In this document: in pieces, positions 11,996 to 23,900 of the stretch
Layout: each line of letters starts with the position of its first letter
Numbering within the stretch: position 1 is the stretch's first letter
Source of the DNA: Botryllus schlosseri
Lineage: Eukaryota
Assembly (NCBI GenBank): GCA_051294905.1
Contig: JBPPKV010000064.1
Coordinates: 1 to 64,000, forward strand
Length of the DNA: 64,000 bases
Direction of reading: 5' to 3'
Translations under genes and position numbers: made by a program
The notes under the pieces: model-generated
Told to the model about the DNA's origin: nothing
The model's database searches: none
What the model saw: only the letters and a program-made list of their open reading frames with translations

Positions 11996-14900
11996 GGAGT
12001 CATTCAAATCTCTCAATGCGACGGTACGTCTGAAACTTCAGAGATTCAAGCTTTAGTGCTAGATGACGATAATCCGACACCAGCCAAGAGAAGACGAAAG
12101 GGTGAGAGTCATTTTTAGTCGATCGTTCATACTTTATTTTAAAAATAGTAACACCAACATCCACTCGTACTCAAAACATGGACATTGGACATATCCCAAG
12201 TTGTTTTCTTACACATTTTGAACAAATATACCTAAACAGCATACAATTTCACGCAGCATGTCGTACCCATGGTTTGGTACTTTGTACCCACAAATGATAC
12301 AACATATCCCTGATCTATTGTAATATCATTTTCTATTCTATATTAATCTAGATTCTAGAAGATCCTCCTGGCTTTAAGAGTGATTACATAACAGCAGTCA
12401 ATGGCACCTGATCCCAATCTACTTATTCAAGCCGTATCATAATGACCTTCCTGCACCTGCAAATAGACCCAAGGCTGCAAGCAAAAATACTAAGTTTTAT
12501 GGTGTTGTTCCGAAACCAGTGGTTCTCAACCTTTTTTCTCACAGTGCCCCTTTTCAAAAATTTGCATGTTCTTCCCCCCCCCTCAATATTTTATGGACTG
12601 TACTGAAGACAACAGGGTAGAGGTCGAAGTCCGCCCAATTTTTTCGGGTTTGGACATGACTATTGGATTTATTTCGGGCTTTACATGGGCACTGCACTCT
12701 ATACGTGATGTGAGTAGTGAGGGTTCCTGAAATTGTTGCCCGCCAATCAGAGAGCGCCACGTCATCCTAATTGCCACGCCCATTTTCATACCCTAAGGGT
12801 ACATTCATCTGCTACGTCATCTGTGCCACATCATCATCAAGCGCCACGCCTATAGTGCCACATCATCCATCCATTGCTATATCATCGCTGCATTGATTGC
12901 CGCATCTTGATACTTTTCTCAGATATTGTATTATGTGTATTTAGGACTAATATCATCCATCCATACTTTTTAAACTTGATTTTATGTGTACAAGTTACGG
13001 TTTCTGCAGTTTCCACATTTAACGACTTATGATTGCCGCGTCAAAACTTACATTGGCACTTTACTCAGTCTCCTTGAAATAGCATTGTATAGTGTACGAG
13101 TTCATTTTATTTCGAAAAAAGAGCATATCAATGATATCGTTGATCGTTATTGCATCGATTCACTAGCTGAAATCCTCCAGATCGGTTGATGTTTCGAGGT
13201 ACACCGCTTTGCATGCCGTCCGACAACCGACAAGATAGCGTAATGGTTAAGCGTCCGGCTTCTTGATCGGTAGGTCGTGGGTTCGATTCCCGGCCGGGTC
13301 AGACCAAAGACCTGATTAGTAACACTGGTATCCATGGCTTCCCTGCTTGGCGCTCATGCATTACTGGGATAGCATGGAGGGGTGGTGCATGACTTAGAAA
13401 GCCGTAAAAGCTATATCTGCACTTCCTTGTCCAGCGGCATATGCACATCATGCACTCATGGTATGCAGATGCGCAGATCGTGTGTATGTGTATCATGAGT
13501 CGGTGTATATGCCGCAAAAACATCAAGGACAAAAATAAACTACGTCCTTTCCTTTCCGACACTGCGATCCGAGTTCTTGCGTTCGATCTGACCGTTTTGT
13601 TTGATGTAGCGATCACTGGCTTGTAGTATATACGATACGAGCGGAAGGTCGGGATTATGAACAACTACGCTAGGCGAATAGATGACGAATTCATCAGCTC
13701 GCAGTATAACCGCTACCTGTATAATGTTTGCATGTCGAGTATAAGGGTATTTAACTCGGTACTAAAATGCCAACGGAATAGCCGCAGGGACCCGCTTCTC
13801 GTTGCTATAATTAAACGAACACCTTCGCCGCAGGTACGCGATCACCGACGTTATAATGATAGGGACAAATTAGCCGCATGAAAGCGAGTCTAATGAATAT
13901 AACGACAGACAACAAGTTAGTTAAAAAGTAAAACTAATCGTGACCGATGCAAGACGGCGTGAAACAGCGCTTTCGCTCGATTCTTGTAGTGACCACAATT
14001 CATACGATTCAGTCCTTTTCATGTCACTAGAATAAGGGTGATTAAACCGACAGTGAAACGCCGCTTCACAATTGCAAGTTAGTGTAATGCAAATTTTACC
14101 CCTTCAAGGGTTATAAAAGTATGGACGGCAAAAGGTATAATTTTGGGTCGACATGGTGCCTTAGCTATCTATCAATAGGTATGTAATAATTGTTGAAATA
14201 GTTGCTATTGATCATAGACCAAGCTTGCTTTCAGAGCTGGAAACTAAACGCATATGAAAATTTACCTAGGTGTTCCCCACACGCATCAAATGTAGGCCTA
14301 CTCAAGTGTTTATGAGGTGGCGAATAGTTCGACGGTTGTTGGCATGCAAGGACGTCACATAGAATTGTGGAGTTTTCTGTAAACTATAATCCAGTGATCT
14401 ATTTTCAATCACTATATTTTTCATTAATCTAAACTAAGTACTGTTAGTAGGCAAACCCTAGGAAAGTATATCCTCTGATAAAAGCAGGAGTAATTTGGTA
14501 TCCGTGAAATAAATAGATGGTGCGACTCTAATGGACATAAAGAAATGAAAATTTTGTAAAGTAGATATTTTTCGGTATGTTAAATTCGGCTACGCGGTGC
14601 TAGACTTCTTGGCCGCATGAAATAGGATGTTTTAGCTTCAACCTCAACGCATTAGCACACCGAATTTAAATATAGGCGATAAATAATATACAGTAGCCCC
14701 AATTTTAATGAAAAAATAAAAATAAAAAAGCGTGAAAAATTGCATTTATCCTGGAACGCACCAAGAAAAACCGTATGAATTTGTAAAGTAGTTAGAAAAC
14801 TACACTATTCCGCTACACTAAAGACTTAAACAATCCGGATTTTGTATGGTGTATACTAATTTTACATTGCGGAGTATTCAGTAAAGTTCAATCCAGTGAA

Positions 14901-17900
14901 TTCGCGTAGGCTATGCATACAAATGAGGAAAGTTACATCAGCGCGTGTTAACTAGTTGTATTATGTAGCTTGCAATTCATGCAAGTTTCGAAACTTCCAC
15001 ACTGAGTCTTTTAAAATAGATAGAAACGAAAAAAACTAATCGAAAAAATTTACGAAGTTTGGATGCGGCATATTTAGGTTTTCTAAAAATTATTCATACC
15101 CATGACTCGAAATATTGTTAACTAACTTATCATGTTCTGAAGTCTCATACATGCACCGACTCTGTGCATTCAATGTAGGGGTAGCTGACTTGGAGACAGA
15201 AAAACACACATATTTGACCGTAACATGGTCAGTCTTCACACCGCAGAAACACAGCCGCTTGGTTAACATCACAAAACCGCAATTGAACTCAAGATTGCCA
15301 TACACGGAATCGCTGTTAACGATGTCTGACTGCGGCGTTTCGACGAGTAACGAATTCTCGTATTCTCGAGACCATCACGACAAGACTCTAACCCACCACA
15401 TCCGTGGTTTCAGTTGATCATATCGAAGAATATCATGTCCATCCGTGTTACCACCCACAGATTTCGCCATCCTCACATGGTAGTGCTAAGACACAGACAA
15501 GACGCGGTGGTGGAAATATTGAAAATGAGAAAGCAGACCTTGGTGTCATTTGATTTGGATTTTACACCCGATGAACCCACCATTCGTACTGCGCATTGGG
15601 ATGAGGATTCTATCATTGATGTCGAGGGAAAGGAGATGTACAGATTTGTTGGTGTCGTGAATATTCAACGAAAGTCTGGGTATATGGTTGTACATGGTTC
15701 GCGTATTTGACTGTGGAGATATCGCTATACATAACGTGCTGTTCACCGTATCGATAGCACCAACGAATATCCGCGAAAGGGTTGTAATCTCGGTGAAATA
15801 GTGTGCGACACATTTTTCCACAAGTCGAATGCATGTCGGTTCATACTAAGACCATGTCACGGTCAAATATGTGTGTTTTTCTGTCTCCAAGTCAGCTACC
15901 CCCCACATTGAATGTACAGAGTCGGTGCATGTATGAGACTTCAGAACATGAATTTGTAATCCATGATGCTTGTAGTGCCGATCATGATGTTATCCATGAT
16001 GTATGTAATGTCACACACCTCGTTTACGCGAATACTTGGTATCTATGAACAATCGTGAAGTATACTGGATGTGTAATGTCTTGTTATTTTCATGGAAACA
16101 TGGGGGGTGTAACATGTTTGAATATTGTTCATTGGTTTGTCGATTCAGAGTTGATATCCAGATCCGGGTCCTAGTTTAAGTTTTAGAAAATATGATACCG
16201 ACATCCCGACATCTTTCGAAAACAAAACAGTGGTCAATGCTTAAGAGACCATTTTTACTATTTTTCATCGCCATAAGTCATTCTGGACCGCGAAAACGCA
16301 TTGTACGATATAGATGAAACTTATGCAAATCCTAGGATACTCATTTTCAAAGTAGCTTAGATCTCGAAATAAGCTCTGACTCGGTCAGTCTTCACACCGC
16401 AGAAACACAGCCGCTTGGTTAACATCACAAAACCGCAATTGAACTCAAAATTGCCATACACGGAATCGCTGTTAACGATGTCTGACTGCGGCGTTTCGAC
16501 GAGTAACGAATTCTCGTATTTGGTATTGATTGTGACACATAGTCAAAACAGCGACAGTTTTCACAACCCGATACATACATTGAACCAACTGATGTAAGGT
16601 GAAACACTACGTTCGCAGCAAAAAAGTTTGCAGGGTATGACCACCACCAACATATAGAGTAGTGAGTGAGTAATTATCCTACATACCCCGATTTTACTAT
16701 ATTCCGAGATCCGGATCACGATTCAAGTCTACCTGAGAATCCGAACCACCCTGTGAAGTTGATATATCAAGTTGTGAACGGTGAAAGGGTTGTAATCTCG
16801 GTGAAATAGTGTGCGACACATTTTTCCACAAGTCGAATGCAGTTCGGTTCATACTAAGACCATGTCACGGTCAAATATGTGTGTTTTTCTGTCTCCAAGT
16901 CAGCTACCCCCACATTGAATGTACAGAGTCGGTGTATGTATGAGACTTCAGAACATGAATTTGTAATCCATGATGCGTGTAGTGCCGACCATGATGTTAT
17001 CCATGATGTATGTAATGTCACACACCTCGTTTACGCGAATACTTGGTATCTATGAACAATCGTGAAGTATACTGGATGTGTAATGTCTTGTTATTTTCAT
17101 GGAAACATGGGGGTATAACATGTTTGAATATTGTTCATTGGTTTGTCTATTCAGAGTTGATATCCGGATCCGGGTCCTAGTTTAAGTTTTAGAAAATATG
17201 ATACCGACATCCCGACATCTTTCGAAAACAAAACAGTGGTCAATGCTTAAGAGACCATTTTTACTATTTTTCATCGCCATAAGTCATTCTGGACCGCGAA
17301 AACGCATTGTACGATATAGATGAAACTTATGCAAATCCTAGGATACTCATTTTCAAAGTAGCTTAGATCTCGAAATAAGCTCTGACTCGCTATTCTCCTC
17401 AAAGCATGGAATTATCACGAGTATCACCTTCGGTCACTGAAGAAAAGTATGAAATTATATCCGAAGCATATTCCTTGACTAGGAATTTTATCATGTACGA
17501 ACTCGACGGCTCATGCGTTAAGGTAAATACGAAAGCAGAGAGAACCTTACGTCGAGTTGGGGATGAAATGTTCGAGCGACATCGAACTGTCCTAAACGCA
17601 GTCTCCAAACGTCTCCGCTATGGTGATGTCGAAGTCAATGAAAAATATAAAGAATATTTACCCGATGAGCGAATGTTCCTGATGATAGCTGATGAAATTT
17701 ACAAAGATACCAAAGAAAATTGGGGTAGGATTGTCTCCCTTTTTGTGGTCGGTAGCATTCTTGCTCGCAAGAACGAGGATGAACATCACGGGGACCATAT
17801 AGAAGCTATCATACAGACAGTCGGAAATTACATTGCTAGCAGAAGACTAAAGTGGATTATGAAATTCTGGTAAATTCTGGTATTTGCGAAAAAGGTATTG

Positions 17901-20900
17901 CCCTAGCCCGTCAAAATGTTGCTTCATTCAGTTCCTATCATATTTGTTTTTTTATAACTAAAATTTGTTACATCCAGTTCGTTTAGTGACAGTGTAGGCC
18001 TACTTGTTGATGCGACTGTGATTAGACTAGTGGACCTCCGAGGTTGTATCAATCAGTTTTATCCAACAATACTGATCAATTCAGGACTGTTCAAAAACAA
18101 GGTTTTGCTGTTTAGTTTATAAACTTTGAAATGATTATCAATTGCAGATTTACCTACCGTAAATAATATTTTTCGAATTCAAAATTTTCTACGTCAATAA
18201 TTTCTGCCGACTGGAATTGAGTCATATATGTTATGCATCGTAAATTTAAACAACCTGACAGTTTCAGTAAAGTATAAGAAAATAGCGAAAATTTTCGTAT
18301 TGACTCGACTTGAACTTGAGTCATTGTACATAACCAGTGGCGGCTCGTGACAATATCGGGTGGTGGGGCAAGGGCTGCAAGCGACTTTTTATCAAAATGA
18401 CGTCACATTGGCGTTTTCCAACGTAAACAAGTAACTAATGATGGTACGGTAACATGAATTTCCCGGCAACAGTGATTTTAACGTATGTACCATACGAGAG
18501 GTCCGCTGGTGAGCTGTGACTTGAAGTGTGGTAACTGCGTAAACGGCGTACGGAACAAAGATTCAACACGGTTCATGTTCGCACTAGACCTGACTAATTA
18601 TCTGCAGAAATGGAAATGACTATAACTCGAGAGATAGCGTAAGCCTAATTGGAAAGGTCAACGAGTTCGGATAGATACGCAATTGTTATCTCATAGATTG
18701 GGCCTGTCATATTGAATCCAAAACATTAATCTGAAGAACTAAGAATTGCAGCCTCTAAAATTCGGTCTCGGTACAGCATAGGAGATTTTGGCCTTGAAAC
18801 TGGAGACTGTAACACGACACATACGGCTTTATTACTGTCTATAGGTCTGCTGCGAAATCACCTTTGAAAAATATATTACCGAATAAATACGTGGATGAAA
18901 GCCTTAAACTTATTACACTGTTACATGACATCATCGAGAAGTGGCCTCATGGCCCTTTTCGGTATGGTACACTGTCAAAATTAATGCGAACAGACCAACA
19001 CCGAATCTTGCGTAAAATTTACTGAGGAATAGGCTGATCAAGTGATCAGCTGTTAGCCGCCATCAAAAACAAAATAGCTATCGCGCTTGACATGGGGTTG
19101 TAAGCAAATGGCTTGAAGGCCACAATTTCACGGTGAAATTGACATTGGAGAATATAATATCAAAGTAAATATTTGAATGCAAACTGAGAATGATATCATC
19201 ATCTCAGTTAACGTTACCGCAGATACACCGGCTTTTGCGTGGAATTCGCAATGCGTTGTAGGATCAGATGTGTCAGATCGGAGCACATCTCTACCATACT
19301 CTACCTTGAAAACGAAATTACTACCCTAATCATTGAGTGTCAACCTCGAGACTTGGCACAGCGTTCGATACTAAAATCAAGACATACCGTGCAAAAGCTT
19401 ATGACGGATCTAGGTAAGGAGCATCGTTAAAATCAATAGAGACCAATACCGGCTTTGCGTATAATCTGTTAGCGATAAATGACGAGTCAGTTCTCACTCG
19501 AATTAGGAAACGTAATTACCACTAACACAGTTCAGTGACAAACTTAAAACTTGGTACAGCGTTCGATACTAACATTAAGACTTACCGTGCCAAATGTCAT
19601 AACCGATCTCAGTATTGAATATCGTCAAAATCAATGGATACCAATACCGGCTTTTGAGTAAAATCTGTTTGCGATACATGACGGATCAGCACACACTTAA
19701 CTTCGGAAACGGAATTACTACCCCAAACTATAAGCAGAAACCTTGAAACTTGAGGTAGTGTTAAATACCACCATCACGACATGACATACCAAGTTTCAAG
19801 AGTTTTCGTGGTGTGAAACACCATCAAAATCGACCAATACCAGCAAAGGTCGACCAAACGCATATGACGGTAACCGAGTTCAGCTATAGATACGATTGTT
19901 ACAACACACCTTAGGGGCACAGAGCTATTGTGCCCCGGTTGCTCGGTAATTTTATGAATAGGAGAGAGTAAATCACCGTTTCTTTATTGTGCGCGGCTTT
20001 GAGAGAATAGACAGTGAAAGCTTGTTATGAGGGCTACCGGGGCATGCCCCGGCTAGGCATTCGCAAAGCGAAAACACAAGAGAATTCGATTTTCGCAGAG
20101 ACTTCGCTATATATGGGCAATGGGCATTTACAAGCGAAAGGAATACCATTTTCGCTGTGATTTCGGTATATATAGAGAGATTGGTGTGCGTCTATAAATG
20201 GTAAAGAATTGTTATTGAACAGAATTTTAGGTGGGGCAATGCCCCAGTTGCCCTATAGGACGAGCCGCCACTGTACATAACTCAAACCAAGTCATATGAC
20301 TCGAAAAAATGATGGCTATGACAGACATTTCATTGCAACTTTGGAGAATAGTAAAGGTACCACATTATTGGTAGTTTGTCTGTCAGTCCTGATACTCTGA
20401 AAATAGGGTCAGAAACTGTTAAGAATCAGGAGAATTGCTATATTCTGAATGTGAGCTATTCTATATCGTGACTCGAGCAGAGTTGAAAACTGTAGGTTCG
20501 ACCGGATTGAACTGTAAACTGAACAGTGAACATAATCTTGGACTCGAGTCAAAACACTATGATTCAGACTCAACCCTCTACTAGCTGACTTGGACTCGGA
20601 CTTTACTCGGTGGTGAATTGGAAATGAATTAACATGACTCTGGCGCGCGAGTCAAAACCATAAAAGTGTGAGTGACTTGTGACTGAACCTTGTGATTTGG
20701 TTACAACCATGTATTTTATTTTTTATAAAAAATCTAAAATCTTCTATATTTATAGCTTCTCTTGTACAGGTTGGAATTGTGACAAATTTGAAGATTAGAT
20801 TGATTTAACAATTTTATCAACTAGCCAGTAAAGTATGAAAAATATTATTTTTCACAACACAACCATAGTGTAACTGTTTGATGCGGATGTGATCAGACTA

Positions 20901-23900
20901 GTTAGCCTCCAAGGTTGTACCTATCTGATATTAAATACTGTGCAGTGTGCATGCATATTTATCTGTATTCTGTGTCATCATTTATGCCGTCTGTTCGTTC
21001 TGTATATCTGTTGGATGAAAATAAAAAATATGTCTCTTCAGACTTGGAATTCAGACTGGTCCGTCCGGACAGTCCGACCTGGAGCGATGAGGTGGAAGAA
21101 GAAGAGCTGGCAATCGACCAAGATCAAACCACACTACCGGCTATGGTAAGTGTATACCAGGGTTGCTTAACTGACGGGCCTTTTCGCTGGACTAGACCTT
21201 ATCTGCACGAGTGAGCACTTAGTTTTTTGACAAAATCTAATCCATTATGGTGGGTTTTGGTCTATTTACAGCCCTTTTTAACAAGTACTTACTCTAAAGA
21301 GAGAGAGAGAGATCAGACTTATATTCGTCTGTACCATCAGGTGCTTTGACCACTCTAAAGAGAGAGAGAGAGATCAGACTTATATTCGTCTGTACCATCA
21401 GGTACTTTGACCACGGAGATCCGATACTACCGTTAAGAGAGATCTGCACCACTAATATTTTCTCCTCCAAGCTACCCGTGGATGCTGAGCACCTAGCGGG
21501 GTTGCCACAGATACCAGTTTTGAAGTGTTTTGTATATAGTTATACCATATTACATTTGCACGACTGTGAATTATTCCAGGAGAGTTATAACAGCAGTAGG
21601 CAAATTCTGAACTTTTGTAACTTTATATCTTTGTTAAAAAATAGTGGGCCCCTTGTGGCCGTCAGGGACCCCCGCAGACCCCCTTAAGTTTTCGTTCGAA
21701 TATATCTCAATTATTGTGCGACCGTTATATGACTTGTTCGAAATTTAATTGTAGGATAGTCATAGTCATGAACAGCAACAAAATGTCTTATCTCATAAAT
21801 AATATCATACATTATGTAGAAATTGCATCGATTTTTATTATTATTCTATGAAATGAGAAAACTAGAATTAAAATTACTGAATTCACAAAAGAAATACAAC
21901 GGAAATCAAGCTCAGTTCATACTAAACAGTTCTCCTGTAGCATTTTCAGGAAAACCATAATTGGATCAGAATTTAAAATGAGCCATATTGAAACATTTCA
22001 CGAATTAGATTTATGGCATTTCGCTCTAATTAGTCTAATTAGACAACTGAAATTATGTACTAGTCCAAGCTACTTGTACTATCACCCATATTGCGTCCAT
22101 ATTCATGATTTTATCGATTTGAATTTTTTTTTTCGGACATTTTTAGGAAATCTCTCGCAACAATACTCCTGAAGCCCGTGAGATTCACTATTTTGTGTCT
22201 CACGATAGTAATCCAACACCGCCTGAGAGAAGACAAGAGGGTAAGAGCCAATTTTAGTCAACTGTTTTTACTGTGTTCAAAAATGAATACACCCTCTCGT
22301 TTACAAAACATAGACATTAACTATGAATATATGCTGAATTAATTCGTTACGCATTCTTTACAAATACGCCTAAACAGCTTGTAATTGCGCACCGAATGTC
22401 GTATTTGTCGTACCCCGTGGTCCCACGTGTCATTGTCTTACGGCGACAAAAAAGCCCGGAAAAAAAAAGAACCGATAAAGAAAGAGAAAGAGCAAGATAT
22501 AGTTTCTAAAAAGAACTGAAGATTTAGGGATGCCATCGAAGAAGAATGTATCATCGGGCACTAGGTCGGGGTGGATGCCAGCTCAAGAGACCCCAACTGG
22601 TCGGCCGTTCGGCATCCCCCTATCTGTTCATTAATTGCATCGCATTGTGTGTGTCTTGGGCAGATGAAAATATAATCTGTCCATTGATTCATTGATTGAT
22701 TGATGTTTTGTGCATCTACCCCCGTTAAGGATCCCGGATATAGTATGATGTTATTAATCCCTTGATTGCAGAGATGCTGCTAGCAATTTTAGGAGTGATT
22801 GCATAACAGTAGTCAATGGCACCTTGTCCCAATCTACCTATCCAAGCCGTATCTTGATAATTTTCAAATTTTGAAGTCTAGTTAATAAATTGGTCATCAT
22901 TGTTAGTATTACAGTTAATCACCGTAAATAGGCTATTACTTTTTGGAAGTACGAATTTCCTGACAACAATTTCAGTGATTTAAAAAAAAAATTTTCTCTA
23001 CAACAGTGGTTCTCAAACTTTTTTAGAAAAGCCCCCCTTTTTAGGGTGAAAAATTTCGTGTCTCCTATCGTCATATCACAAAATGCAATGAGGCTGCTAG
23101 CAATCCTAATGGATATTTTGATGGCATGGGAGGTTCTGACTCTCGATGAGAGAATTCTCAAATGTGAAATTCGAACTATACATATAGCAATAACTATAAA
23201 TTGGAAGTCGCGTCGTTGCAGTGTTGGGATGACTCGAGTCACGCTTTTCATATGACTTGACTTGACTCGAGTCAGTTTGCTAAAAAGACTTGTCTTGACT
23301 TGACTCGGCGTATCAGAAATATGGATTGACTCGTGCTGAGCAAAATTCACGAGTCAATTTCAAGTCATCAAGTAATCGGTGTCGATAAAAACCACTGCAT
23401 CTTGCATATGTTCGGATTGTTCCTGAAACGCTGGTGTAACCAGTGAGAGCGACCAATCATTAAATGATCGTGCGTTTCACTGAGGCGCCATTGTTCTCTC
23501 ACAAATAAATTGAACGCAAACGCAGTGATCGAAGCCTACAGCTTGTGTTGTCGTAAACTAGTGAAGTAATAAAATCGAAAAATGTCTATTTCTGTTCTCT
23601 ATGTTCTTACCTCAACCAAACTTGTTTTATTGAAATTGAATTCGAATAAAGTCTATATAGTCACATTGGCACAAGCTGGAATTGTATCATATCAATTTGT
23701 AAATGGGTAATGTGTCGCATCTTATCAATTCGTTTCTTTTTTCTCTATTCTCTATTTTGGATGGTAAAGTGGTAACTATAAACTGAGGCTATGCAATTAC
23801 TTTCGTGTAGTTTAACAGTTCTACGTATATGTCAGTGATACAGCGCATTCAACTCTATATTCGTTCATCGGTTCGGAATCAACGACCACTCAATCAGTAT

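Noticed and set aside
13229-13305. tRNA gene
   Set aside because: A and B boxes are present but there is no convincing cloverleaf, and the sequence continues into a repeated SINE body. The same holds for the tRNA-like heads at ~3700-3775, 33680-33750 and 56405-56470.
21346-21687. 113-aa ORF, possibly a LINE C-terminal remnant (DAEHL)
   Set aside because: It starts within the tandem duplication and motif support is too weak to call.
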